DNA of 64,000 nucleotides. It comes from a virus. Taxonomy: Duplodnaviria; Caudoviricetes. Every line of letters starts with the position of its first letter. Position 1 is the first letter of the stretch. This document shows positions 26,329-35,637 of the stretch, piece after piece. Made by a program: the position numbers and the translations under genes. The DNA is taken from IMG/VR virus record IMGVR_UViG_2875535316_000001, positions 1 through 64,000 of that record; one strand, given 5' to 3'. The notes under the pieces were generated by a model. That model was not told the DNA's origin. It did no database searches and worked only from the letters and a program-made list of their open reading frames with translations.

Positions 26329-27896
26329 TCGTCGCTGGTGGCGTAGGGCTCGCCCATTGAGTCGTACCCGGCATCATCCAGCGCGTTGATGCCCTTGCCG
26401 GTTATCAGGTATAGCCCTGACTCTGCCTCCACCATTCCCAGCGCCAGCAGCTCGGCCAGTGCTTCCTGGTCTGCAATCTCGCTAGTTTCAGCCGCGGATA
26501 CCGCCGCGATCGCCACCAGCTGCGCCAGGCCGGAATCACTGATAGCCACAGGCGCACTGTCCAGCATGGCGATCGCCCGACGGTAGGCGTCAGCATTGCG
26601 CTTCTGCAGGGCGGCCTGATCGAAGTTGCCCGCCTCGATGTTGATCGGGTAATTCGTCTCCATCACATCCAGCGCCATGCGCAGCACCGCCACAGCCTCA
26701 GCGTTGGCCGAGCTGTCGAGCATGGCCGGGTCAGTCCCCACCACATCGCGCGCATCCACGTAGGCAACCGCCAGCGACATGGCCGGCCATTCTGGCTGGG
26801 GCTCTTTGAAGGCTTCGAGCGAATCCACCAGCAACTGTTGCTTGGTGCTGTCGAGCAGGTCCTCTGCGGTGGCCACCGACACCGAATCAACGTCGTGCAG
26901 GACCGCATACATTTGCTGATCGCCCACAACCTCAGTGGGCACCGCCAGCGTGTAGTGCACCTTCGCAGCCCGGAAGCTGGCGCCGATGACCTTGGCTGCA
27001 ATGTCCATCTTGTCGCCATCCTGGCCAAGCCCCAGGAACACGTCGGCGCCGATCTGGAAGCGAGACGGCACCTCCATTGGGCCTACCTGGTCGACATACG
27101 CCTGATTGACCAGCTTGAAACCCAGCCAAGACATTGGCTCAGGGCCTGCAGGCATGGCTGGCGCCGGCACGCTGTCGAGCATGGCCAGGGCCTCGCGACC
27201 CTTGTCGGTCAGAACGTTGTCGCGCTGGTCTTCGGGCATGCCCTCCACATAGCGATCGACATAGCCCAGCCCCACCAGCACGTCACGGGCGTCCTTGCTC
27301 GATACCTGGCCGTCTTCAAGGTAGCCCTTCTTGCCCAGGGCGCGGAGCACATCGCGCTCCCATTCGCCAAGCTCTGGCGCGCTGCTGGCGCCGCCCGTGC
27401 TGTCGGTCATGGCACCCAGTTGTTGCTGCAGGTCGGCCACGGTCGCTTTGCGCTCAGCGATCTGCCCGTCCAGCTCGGCCACGCGCTGCTGCAGCGCCTC
27501 GGCCATCTTCGGCTTGGGAGTGCTCATGCCCGGCGGGAGCGCCACCTTGACCCGCGCCAGCGACTTCTGGAACGCGGCCTGGTTCTTCTCCGCCGCGCTC
27601 GCCAGCTCGGCCACGGCCTTGGCCATGTCGTCATGGTTCTTAATGGGCACCACAGACTTGTTCAGCACGGCCTGGTAAATATCGCCGGTGCTGATGACGC
27701 GCAGGGTGATCAGCTGCCCGCTGGCCAGCGTCAGGGTGGCCTCGCGGTAGGTGATGCTGTTGCTGCGCCGTGGCTTGTCGATGAACTCGGTGGCCACCAC
27801 CGGCTGACCGGCGCGCACCATCCACTGCTTGACCTTTTTCAGCGCGCCTTCGGCGGCCGATGCGCTGGAAAAGTCCAGCGCGTTCGTAACTGGCAT
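26325..27896 (-). CDS. Hdf-like (DarA N-domain paralog) head protein with long modular C-terminal extension
   Basis: LASGQLITLRVISTGDIYQAVLNKSVVPIK..AEKNQAAFQK N-domain; 523 aa from ATG 27896. Confidence 0.75.
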   Translation of the reverse strand: MPVTNALDFSSASAAEGALKKVKQWMVRAGQPVVATEFIDKPRRSNSITYREATLTLASGQLITLRVISTGDIYQAVLNKSVVPIKNHDDMAKAVAELASAAEKNQAAFQKSLARVKVALPPGMSTPKPKMAEALQQRVAELDGQIAERKATVADLQQQLGAMTDSTGGASSAPELGEWERDVLRALGKKGYLEDGQVSSKDARDVLVGLGYVDRYVEGMPEDQRDNVLTDKGREALAMLDSVPAPAMPAGPEPMSWLGFKLVNQAYVDQVGPMEVPSRFQIGADVFLGLGQDGDKMDIAAKVIGASFRAAKVHYTLAVPTEVVGDQQMYAVLHDVDSVSVATAEDLLDSTKQQLLVDSLEAFKEPQPEWPAMSLAVAYVDARDVVGTDPAMLDSSANAEAVAVLRMALDVMETNYPINIEAGNFDQAALQKRNADAYRRAIAMLDSAPVAISDSGLAQLVAIAAVSAAETSEIADQEALAELLALGMVEAESGLYLITGKGINALDDAGYDSMGEPYATSDD

Positions 27897-27927
27897 GGTC
27901 TGCCCCCGTTGTTGGTGAATGGGGGTC

Positions 27928-27970
27928 ATTGTGCGCCGGCGGGAAGGGGCGCACGGTAGGGCGTTTGCGT
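27928..27970 (-). promoter_or_regulatory. Late-type promoter for the hdf-like gene
   Basis: ACGCAAA-N30-CACAAT. Confidence 0.65.
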
Positions 27971-28536
27971 TACTGGGGCTCGCTTGGCGGACCAGGCGGG
28001 GCCGATGGGTGGGTGTGGTGCTGGGCGCTTTTACCGTCACTGGTCATATCGCCGCCGGTCTGGGTTACCGGGCCTTTGATGCCGATGGCCGCAGCCGCTT
28101 GCTGGATATCACTGGCCGTCAGCTTGATGGAGGTTCCACCCACTACCAGGTTGATGGACTCGCCAGCGGTGATGTTGATGACCTTGCCTGAATCGAGGTT
28201 GATCGTCTCGCCAGCGTCGACGTGGGCCTCTTTGTCAGCGTTCAACTCAATATTGTCGTGGTTCCACCTGCGCCAGCCCACCTCGTTGCCTACGTGCGGG
28301 TTACGGAAACCCATGATGACGGGATACCGCGGGTCACCGTTGTGGAAGCTGATATTCACTGGCAAGCCTTCGACAATGCGAATCTCGGTGTCTTTCGAGT
28401 CATCGCCGATCGGGTAATTGATATCCGCTTTGGGCCAGATGCTGGCGCCATCGGTAAGCGGGGGAATCTCCACCCGTACTTCGCGCCGCGCCCGGTCCAC
28501 AACGCGGACAAACCCCGGGTATAGGTCACATGGCAT
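27970..28536 (-). CDS. Baseplate central spike (gpV/gp5-like)
   Basis: OB-fold with FHNGDPRYPVIMG, beta-helix repeats, C-terminal HxH (QHHTH). Confidence 0.85.
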   Translation of the reverse strand: MPCDLYPGFVRVVDRARREVRVEIPPLTDGASIWPKADINYPIGDDSKDTEIRIVEGLPVNISFHNGDPRYPVIMGFRNPHVGNEVGWRRWNHDNIELNADKEAHVDAGETINLDSGKVINITAGESINLVVGGTSIKLTASDIQQAAAAIGIKGPVTQTGGDMTSDGKSAQHHTHPSAPPGPPSEPQ

Positions 28537-29425
28537 TGAAAAGCTTCCCCAGCCAAAGCCGGCTGCGGTCCTCCACAGCCCCTTCGTTATTTTCCATGCA
28601 ATGGGCGGCAGTCAGCACCACCAGGTTTTCGCCAGCAACGCGCAGGACGTTACCGGCCATAATGTGCTGGCAGATCATGCTGTCGACGGTATTCGTGCGC
28701 ACCAGCACGCTGCTGGCGTTACGCAGCTGGCGCACGTCGAGCCCGGGCTGAAAGTGCATCCGCCGAGTCTGGCCCATGGCGCCATTGACGATATCGGCCT
28801 TGTCGTTGGTCGAAAAGTAGGACGGCACCTGCTGGAACTGGTGCATTTCGCTTTGTATCTTGGCGCTACTGTCCACCTGGCCGATATCGTCAATCGGCGT
28901 CTGCGCCATGAGGTCGACCAAACGCATGGCGCTGACCTGGCCGTTCTGCAGCACCAGGGCGGCGCCTTCCTCCTGCAGCACCTGCACCAGGTATTGGCTT
29001 GGCTCGAAGCCACGGAAGCAAGTGAACCGAGGCACTATGAAGTCGTTGGCGATCGAGGTGTAAGCCCCACAGGCACGGTACGCCGCCCCGAACGTCTGAC
29101 CTTCCTGCACCACGGCTGTTTGCCGAGGCTTCGCCACGTTGGCGCAGCTTTGAAGCAACGCGATGACGTTCATGGACTGCTGCTGGCTTCTGCCCTGCAC
29201 CTGGCCCAGTGGTTGCGCTTTGTCGGTGAAAACAATCTCGTAAGCCAGGTTTTCCCGGCCCGTCCAGATGGTCGCTCCTTTGACCAGGCTGTCTTCAACG
29301 CCGTCGATCAACTTGACGCGGAACTCCACCGTACGCGGCACCGGCGCCAGGTCCGAGCGCAGCACCCAGCTCAGCATTACGTCGTTGGGCAGCTGCTCGC
29401 CGTTTTCCTTGAGCAGGATATTCAC
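28526..29425 (-). CDS. Baseplate hub protein (position of P1 gp6)
   Basis: Directly upstream of the spike; LRSDLAPVPRTVEF. Confidence 0.6.
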   Translation of the reverse strand: MNILLKENGEQLPNDVMLSWVLRSDLAPVPRTVEFRVKLIDGVEDSLVKGATIWTGRENLAYEIVFTDKAQPLGQVQGRSQQQSMNVIALLQSCANVAKPRQTAVVQEGQTFGAAYRACGAYTSIANDFIVPRFTCFRGFEPSQYLVQVLQEEGAALVLQNGQVSAMRLVDLMAQTPIDDIGQVDSSAKIQSEMHQFQQVPSYFSTNDKADIVNGAMGQTRRMHFQPGLDVRQLRNASSVLVRTNTVDSMICQHIMAGNVLRVAGENLVVLTAAHCMENNEGAVEDRSRLWLGKLFNAM

Positions 29426-30228
29426 CGGCTACTGCTCCACTTCACGCCGTCGGCCGTGCCGCTGGCGCGGTTGCCGGTTGTCTCGTCGGCCAGCTCCACC
29501 TCACTGAGAAGCGTGTAGCCCGGTGGCGTGTTGGCACTGCCGTCATTGGGCTCGCCCTCGCGCGGCGCGTCGAAGAACGGAATGGTGCACTTGAGCGTAA
29601 TGTCGGCAGCCAGAATCTTGAGGTTCTTGGCGTCACCTGGTGGCGCCACGTTCATCCAGTCGATGCGGTTGGTTTCCAGGGTGACCGGCATGGGCACCTG
29701 GTACTGACCAAACACATAGGGCGCGTCAAACCAGCGGTTCTTCGGTTCAATGATGAACGATGCCAGTTGCGCGGCCAGGCTCTGCGCCGATCCGCCCTCG
29801 CTGGCGATGATGACCACCTGTACGCGGCGATCCTGTTGGACATGCTTGTAACCGTACCAGGAACCGCCTTCCTCGATCTGCAGCAAGCGGCGCGGCGAGT
29901 GCTGACCACCCCAGTCGGCGCCAGTAGCCAGAAAGTTGTCATCCATCGCCAGCAGAATGACTGGGAGCATGCCAGCTGGACCGTGATCGCCGTTTGAGGC
30001 TTTGCGGTACAGCTCCAGCATCTGCTCAGCGGCATCGATCATGCGCGCGGGCGCCCACTGGATGGCCTCTGACATGGGCTTGGCCAGGAAGGCCTGAACG
30101 GCCGCGGTGTCGGCATAGTCGGGATAGATACCCTTGCGCCAGCGGCCCAGATATCGACCAAAGCCCTTTTTGATCTGGTCGAAACTGCCATTGAGTTTCG
30201 GCGCAGTTGCGCCTGCAGGCGTTGCCAT
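29422..30228 (-). CDS. Tail completion/terminator-like protein (position of P1 gp24)
   Basis: Coupled ORF in the 24-6-5 order; assigned by synteny. Confidence 0.5.
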   Translation of the reverse strand: MATPAGATAPKLNGSFDQIKKGFGRYLGRWRKGIYPDYADTAAVQAFLAKPMSEAIQWAPARMIDAAEQMLELYRKASNGDHGPAGMLPVILLAMDDNFLATGADWGGQHSPRRLLQIEEGGSWYGYKHVQQDRRVQVVIIASEGGSAQSLAAQLASFIIEPKNRWFDAPYVFGQYQVPMPVTLETNRIDWMNVAPPGDAKNLKILAADITLKCTIPFFDAPREGEPNDGSANTPPGYTLLSEVELADETTGNRASGTADGVKWSSSR

Positions 30229-30286
30229 ATTGCCCCCTAACAGGGGGCTCAGCGCCTTTCAGCGCGGCCCCCATGGATGCTCGAGA

Positions 30287-30751
30287 TTAAGCGGCGTTGC
30301 CGACACCGGCCACGCTTGCACTGATCGCGGCAATAGCCTCGTCAGCAATGGCCTCGGCCTCGTCGTGGCTGGCTGCATCGAGCGTCTGCTGCTTGCCCTT
30401 CAAGCGAGCAGCGCGAATGGCATACAGCGCACCTTTCCACTTGGCAGCCTCTGCCAGGATGTTTTCAGTAGCTTCTTGCGGCGACAGGCCAGCCGCGTCG
30501 ACCCAGGCCTGTACGGTGGCGGGCACTGCGCCCTCGAAGCCAGCAGCCTGGAAGGCTTGAGCTTCCTGCTCGGTCAGTTGGTATTCAACCACGCGCAGCG
30601 AGTTGCCGACGACGGCCACACGGGCATTGTCGGCAGCCTCGTCAATCTGCTGGCCGGCGCACAGCCGTGCAGCCCCAATCGGCAGCAGCGCGAAATCGAA
30701 GCCGTTGTAGTTGTTGCCGTTGAACGTAACGTTCAGGTTGTCTTTACGCAT
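30287..30751 (-). CDS. Tail fibre-associated/assembly protein
   Basis: IDEAADNAR..EYQ..EAQAF..ILAEA..W..AL..IRAARL pattern seen downstream of fibres; ATG 30751 with GAGG RBS. Confidence 0.65.
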   Translation of the reverse strand: MRKDNLNVTFNGNNYNGFDFALLPIGAARLCAGQQIDEAADNARVAVVGNSLRVVEYQLTEQEAQAFQAAGFEGAVPATVQAWVDAAGLSPQEATENILAEAAKWKGALYAIRAARLKGKQQTLDAASHDEAEAIADEAIAAISASVAGVGNAA

Positions 30752-30773
30752 GATGACCTCGGGTTCAGAAGGG

Positions 30774-31514
30774 TTAGAGCTTGGTAATGTTGGTGAGCAG
30801 GTGAGGGAGCGTGTTCGGATCCTTACCGGCTGTAACACCACTGATCAAATACCCTTCCAATGCAGCAGGAATGGTGCAGTTAACGGCGGTCAGCGAAAGG
30901 CTAGGGAAGCCCGGACCAACGATCTTTCCGGTGAAGTTACCGCGCAAGGCGAAAGCAACGTTGTAGAGCTTGATCGGCATGAAACCTGGCATTTTGGTGC
31001 CGCCGGCAAACATCATTGCGTAGTAAACATCTTGAGCCGCCGACAGCCCACCGGCTGTGTCCGGGAGCGAGATAGTCAGGTCACCGAAGTCGACCGAGCT
31101 GGCCCGGTTGAACTGGAAGCTACCAAATTGCTTAGTACCTTTGGCGTTCAGAAACTCATTCAGAATGAGTTTTCGGGTGTTGCTCGACTCAGTCCCGCCG
31201 CGAATCATAATTCGACGACTACCGACCGAAATGGGGGAAGCCAAGGTGTAGTCCTCAGCCAGGATGATGTCAGCCACCCCACCACTCGGTGTAGATGCAA
31301 CAGCTCGTTCAATAGTCTTGAGGGGACTGTCGATCTTGCCCAACGCGTTGTCATCGCCGGTCAGCGTGTTGACGTAGAAGGTGCGCGAGATTTCCGGCGC
31401 AGCCGCCACCGCTTCTGCAATTGCACTGGCGGCATTGGTTTTGAAGGTGGTGAGGTAGTCGAGCAGCGCCGTGGCCTTGCCAGTAAACGCTGCAACTTCA
31501 GTTTCGAGACTCAT
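30774..31514 (-). CDS. Tail fibre/receptor-binding distal protein
   Basis: FYVNTLTGDDNALG..PLKTIERA motif typical of tailspike/fibre beta-helix starts; lower GC. Confidence 0.65.
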   Translation of the reverse strand: MSLETEVAAFTGKATALLDYLTTFKTNAASAIAEAVAAAPEISRTFYVNTLTGDDNALGKIDSPLKTIERAVASTPSGGVADIILAEDYTLASPISVGSRRIMIRGGTESSNTRKLILNEFLNAKGTKQFGSFQFNRASSVDFGDLTISLPDTAGGLSAAQDVYYAMMFAGGTKMPGFMPIKLYNVAFALRGNFTGKIVGPGFPSLSLTAVNCTIPAALEGYLISGVTAGKDPNTLPHLLTNITKL

Positions 31515-31520
31515 AGGGTC

Positions 31521-32855
31521 TTATGCTCCGTGGATGTGTTTGGCTAACATGGTCTGCAGGGAAATAACTGCCGTTGCGTTGGCTACCGCGACGCTCAAAA
31601 TGCCTTCGCGGTCAGTGTCTTGCCGGGCTTCGGCTGACTTCATTCGCGCAATCAGATCTTCCTGCTTGACGCCGGACTGGGCCTGCATTGCGGCCTGCTG
31701 ATCGAGCTGGTCCTGCTGCTGCGCATCGCGCAGCTGTCCCGCGAGCAGGGCCGTAGAATTGGTAATCACCGCGCCCAGCAAGCCCTCATGGTCGACTTCC
31801 TGGCGCAGCTCAACAGCACCCAGGCGGTCCGAGATATCGCCTTGCTTCACGCCATGAATGCGCTGTGCTTCGGCCTGCTGGTCGACTTGGTCCTGCAAGA
31901 GCAATTCGCGCAGCTGCACGTCACACATCGCCGCGGCCAGCGCCACGCTGCTTTCGCGCCCGCCGTTCAGCGCCTGCACCAAGCGGCGCACGGAAACCCA
32001 GCTGGTGCTGTTGGATTCGTCGGTACCGTTCACCTCGGCCTCAGTGGCCTCAGCGCTGGCAAAGCCGGCGCCAGCGGTCAGCTGGAACTTCGAGCCGTCG
32101 TGGTACACGTCATACACGCCACCGGCCTGAATGCTGCCCGCGGTGCACGGCACGCCGCCGGTCTTGAGCACTTCAACCGCACCAACCCCGTTGATGTTGA
32201 TGGTCACGGCGCCGGTATTGGTCGATTTGGCTTTGAAGGTGAAACGGTTGCCCTTGATGTACTGGGTCAGCTCAACGACCGCCGGTAGCGTTACCGTGAT
32301 GGCGTTGGCCGTGCCCCCGGTTTCGCCCCACAGGTGCCCCTGGTAGTCCGGGAACCGGGCACGCAGGATGTACTGAGGGTGGGCGTTGTACGCGCCTTCG
32401 TGCGCAGCCAGAGCGGCCAGCGCCACGCTTTCGTTCGGATCGACCTTGAAGCTGATGCTATTCGGCGGTACCGCGGCGAACTGCAGGTCGTTGAACAGCA
32501 CATACGCCACGCCATCGGTCTTGTAGGCCGCAACGGTGCCGTCGGCCTTCGACCAGATGAACACCAGCACGTCATCGGCCCACCAGGCAATCTCACCAAT
32601 GCCCACGTAACCAACGTCTTCACGCCAGGTACTGACCATGCGGATTTGGTTCGGCGTAGGACGGCTGGCGCCAGCCACGACAACTTTGCTGCCGATCGGC
32701 TGTTTCAGCGCAACTTCGGAGCCCGTCGGGTTGTAATGGCCCAGGCCGAACGAAACATGCGTGATTTTGAGGGCGAGCCCGTTGTTATCCGCATTGAAAG
32801 CAGCTGCCTGACCACCCGTCGTCAGCTTGGGATTGATGATTACTGGATCTGCCAT
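31521..32855 (-). CDS. Tail fibre protein
   Basis: LTTGG..LKITHVSFG N-domain, HEGAYNAHPQY, TNTGAVTININGVGA, coiled-coil C-terminus. Confidence 0.85.
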   Translation of the reverse strand: MADPVIINPKLTTGGQAAAFNADNNGLALKITHVSFGLGHYNPTGSEVALKQPIGSKVVVAGASRPTPNQIRMVSTWREDVGYVGIGEIAWWADDVLVFIWSKADGTVAAYKTDGVAYVLFNDLQFAAVPPNSISFKVDPNESVALAALAAHEGAYNAHPQYILRARFPDYQGHLWGETGGTANAITVTLPAVVELTQYIKGNRFTFKAKSTNTGAVTININGVGAVEVLKTGGVPCTAGSIQAGGVYDVYHDGSKFQLTAGAGFASAEATEAEVNGTDESNSTSWVSVRRLVQALNGGRESSVALAAAMCDVQLRELLLQDQVDQQAEAQRIHGVKQGDISDRLGAVELRQEVDHEGLLGAVITNSTALLAGQLRDAQQQDQLDQQAAMQAQSGVKQEDLIARMKSAEARQDTDREGILSVAVANATAVISLQTMLAKHIHGA

Positions 32856-32883
32856 AGGACCCCCTCGGCGCTATTTGGCAGAA

Positions 32884-32926
32884 ATTGTAAGAGGGGGTCA
32901 GAGGGTCAAATTAGGTGACTTTGCGC
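32884..32926 (-). promoter_or_regulatory. Late-type promoter, fibre/baseplate operon
   Basis: GCGCAAA-N30-TACAAT. Confidence 0.75.
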
Positions 32927-33715
32927 GTCTGAACCGGTGGCGTAGGTGAAGCCCGATCCCCCCGTTGCCGAGGCGACCCCCACTGCCGTTTCGGCCTCAA
33001 CATTGGGCTGCGAGAACGTCGCGGAGCCCGATGTGCGCCATACGCCGACCGCCGTGCCATCGGCTAACGTGGCGACCCCCACAGTCACGGCCGCTTCAAC
33101 GTTGGGCTGGCTGAATGTCGATGAACCGGAGGTGCGGCACACGGTGACGCCGCTATTGATCATCGCGATTCCGTAGCTGAACAGAATCCTTTGCGCCGCG
33201 CGCAGCTCCAGGACGAACTTGGCCGCCACCGCGGTGCGGGCTGCCCGCAGGATGCGCTCGGGTACCAGGTTCGTCTCAATATCCACCCGCAGCCGGCTGG
33301 TCAGGTAGTAATCATTGAAGTTGCCGCCCTTGGACTTGACCTCATATTCAGCCAGGCACTCTTCGGGGTAGATCGCGTTCTTGTGGCACCACAGCTGCGA
33401 GATGGTGAATACGGGCCCGAACAGCACATTCAGGTAGGTGGACAGGAACGCGGTACCGCGCTGGGGGTTGTTGTAGCGCCAGGCGTGGAACAGGTAGCGG
33501 ATCTGCTCCACCGTGGTGGTGCGCAGAACGGCCAGGCCATCGGCCGAGATATAGCGCTCGATGTTGGCGATAGAGCCGATGTGGGGCATGCCATACATGG
33601 CCAGGTCGTTCACGCTGTCGCCCAGGCGATCCTTGAACAGCTTCATGAACAGGGCTTTGAATTCAGCCTCTACGTCATCGGCCGCGGCGCTGCGCTGCAG
33701 CGGGATCAGTTCCAT
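32906..33715 (-). CDS. Baseplate wedge protein (gpI/P1 gp16-like)
   Basis: RGTAFLSTYL motif; lies between baseplate J and fibre. Confidence 0.65.
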   Translation of the reverse strand: MELIPLQRSAAADDVEAEFKALFMKLFKDRLGDSVNDLAMYGMPHIGSIANIERYISADGLAVLRTTTVEQIRYLFHAWRYNNPQRGTAFLSTYLNVLFGPVFTISQLWCHKNAIYPEECLAEYEVKSKGGNFNDYYLTSRLRVDIETNLVPERILRAARTAVAAKFVLELRAAQRILFSYGIAMINSGVTVCRTSGSSTFSQPNVEAAVTVGVATLADGTAVGVWRTSGSATFSQPNVEAETAVGVASATGGSGFTYATGSDAQSHLI

Positions 33716-33811
33716 TGCTCAGCCTCCACCGGCACGATGGTCAGGCTGGCGTCGGTCAGGTAACGGTGATGCTCGGGCAGCATGGTGGCGTGTTGGCTAC
33801 TGATGGAGTTG
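33706..33811 (-). pseudogene. Severed 3' end of the baseplate-J (BplA-like) gene
   Basis: Removing the transposon and one ATCAC restores ..RFGNLV-INSISSQHATMLPEHHRYLTDASLTIVPVEAEQWN*. Confidence 0.85.
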
Positions 33812-33856
33812 ATCACGGGGTTTGGGGAGCAATGGAACAGAAAGTGCACTTAAGCC

Positions 33857-34786
33857 CTACCAGCGCCGTTCAGAGCCTTCTTCCCAGGCATCGGCTTCGA
33901 TAAAGCAGTTGCGCATGTCGGCTTCCTGGCTGATCTCGGTCAGCAAGTCATGCACGGTCTTGTCCAGCTCATCGTCGCTCCGATACGGAATGGCCAGTTC
34001 GTAGTTGCCCGACTCCAGCCGTTTCATACTGTAGGGCTCCAAGCAGTAGCGCTCGATATTTTCCTTGGCCCGTTTCCGGCCGCGAACGAACTTGCTGTTG
34101 TTCACCACCGCCAGGCGCAGCGTGACGGTGGCCACCTGCTCGGCGGCGGGCTCTGCCGGCGACGCGACATTGCGTTGCTGACCTCGCGGCTGGGCGCTCT
34201 TCTGGTGTGCGCCGATCTCAACACCACGATGGCGCAGGTAGCTGTACAGCGTGCTCTTGGAGATGTGTAACTTCTCGCCGATGGCGCTGACGCTCAGGCG
34301 GCCCTCGCGGTACAGCGTCTCGGCCGCCATGGAGGTGGCCTCGGCCTTGGCTGGGAGGCCCTTGGGACGGCCACCGATCCGGCCCCGCGCCCGCGCGGCC
34401 GACAAACCCGCCTGAGTCCGCTCGCGGATCAGCTCGCGCTCGAACTCGGCCAGCGAGGCAAACAGGTTGAACACCAAGCGACCTTGGGCGTGGGTGGTGT
34501 CGATTGGGTCATTCAGGCTCTGCAAGCCGACCTTGCGCTCTGCCAGCTCGCCGACCAGCTCGACCAGGTGTTTGAGGGAGCGCCCGAGGCGATCCAGCTT
34601 CCAGATCACCACGGTGTCGCCCGCTCGAACATGGGCTAGCAACTTGTCCAACTCCGGCCGGGCGCTTTTCGCGCCGCTGGCGATGTCTTGATAGATGCGT
34701 TCGCACCCGGCCTGTTTCAGGGCATCGACCTGGAGGTCGGCGTTCTGATCCCGAGTGCTCACCCGCGCATAACCGATCTTCATCAA
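33857..34786 (-). CDS. tnpR: Serine resolvase with long C-terminal extension
   Basis: IGYARVST, VWKLDRLGRS-like motif, GGRP, HTH; start could be 34783. Confidence 0.95.
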   Translation of the reverse strand: MMKIGYARVSTRDQNADLQVDALKQAGCERIYQDIASGAKSARPELDKLLAHVRAGDTVVIWKLDRLGRSLKHLVELVGELAERKVGLQSLNDPIDTTHAQGRLVFNLFASLAEFERELIRERTQAGLSAARARGRIGGRPKGLPAKAEATSMAAETLYREGRLSVSAIGEKLHISKSTLYSYLRHRGVEIGAHQKSAQPRGQQRNVASPAEPAAEQVATVTLRLAVVNNSKFVRGRKRAKENIERYCLEPYSMKRLESGNYELAIPYRSDDELDKTVHDLLTEISQEADMRNCFIEADAWEEGSERRW

Positions 34787-34984
34787 AAGTACCGTTTACT
34801 CGACTACGTTAGTAATAGTTGAACTTTGATTAAGCGTACCAGTTATTTGAACCGTAGCGCAGGTAGGTTAACCAGCCGATTCCTGTCCACTTAAAGTTCG
34901 GCAAAACGAAGGTTTTTTTGAACCATTGCATAGCCCTTTGTGATTGGCGTATAAACACACAAACACCTACTAGCGGGGAACGCC
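34787..34984. other. Probable res site / divergent promoter region
   Basis: AT-rich spacer between divergent tnpR and antitoxin-toxin-tnpA. Confidence 0.65.
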
Positions 34985-35224
34985 ATGAATACGATTCGCT
35001 GGAATGTCGCCGTCTCGGCCGACACCGACCAGTCGCTTCGGATGTTTCTGGCCAGCCAGGGCGGTGGCCGGAAAGGCGACCTGTCGCGCTTCATTGAAGA
35101 GGCGGTGCGGGCCCACATCCTGGAACTGACGGCCGAACAGGCCAAGGCCGCTAATGCCCATCTGAGCGAGGCAGAGCTGACCGAAGCGGTTGACGAAGCG
35201 CTCGACTGGGCACGTAAGCGCTGA
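34985..35224 (+). CDS. RHH antitoxin
   Basis: IRWNVAVS..DLSRFIEEAVR; coupled to the PIN gene. Confidence 0.85.
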   Translation: MNTIRWNVAVSADTDQSLRMFLASQGGGRKGDLSRFIEEAVRAHILELTAEQAKAANAHLSEAELTEAVDEALDWARKR

Positions 35225-35634
35225 TGCGGGTCGTGTTGGATACCAACATCCTGTTCAGCGCACTGATCTCGCCGCATGGCGCGCCCGATGCGATCTACCG
35301 TGCCTGGCGGGCGGCGCGTTTCGAGGTAGTGACCTCGCGGATGCAGCTCGATGAAATCCGCCGAGCCAGCCGCTACCCCAAGCTCCAGGCCATCCTTCAG
35401 CCCGCCAAAGTGGGAGCCATGATCAATAACCTGCAACGGGCTGTGGTACTGGAGCGTCTGACCATCGAGGTCGAAGCCGATGATCCGGATGACTCGTTTC
35501 TGCTGGCCATGGCCCTGGCAGGCGATGCGGACTACCTGGTGACCGGTGATCGCCGCGCCGGCCTGCTGCAACGCGGGCACATCGAACGCACGCGGATTGT
35601 CACGCCCGCCGTGTTCTGCGCCGAGGTGCTGTGA
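35224..35634 (+). CDS. PIN-domain (VapC-like) toxin
   Basis: VVLDTNIL, DPDDSFLL, YLVTGD. Confidence 0.92.
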   Translation: MRVVLDTNILFSALISPHGAPDAIYRAWRAARFEVVTSRMQLDEIRRASRYPKLQAILQPAKVGAMINNLQRAVVLERLTIEVEADDPDDSFLLAMALAGDADYLVTGDRRAGLLQRGHIERTRIVTPAVFCAEVL

Positions 35635-35637
35635 TCG

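Noticed and set aside
33857-34786. Serine recombinase near fibre genes as a Cin-like tail-fibre invertase
   Set aside because: Lies inside the transposon IRs facing a res region; no inverted fibre cassette or crossover sites seen
34985-35634. PIN toxin-antitoxin pair as a novel system
   Set aside because: TA pairs beside the res site of Tn3-family transposons are already described
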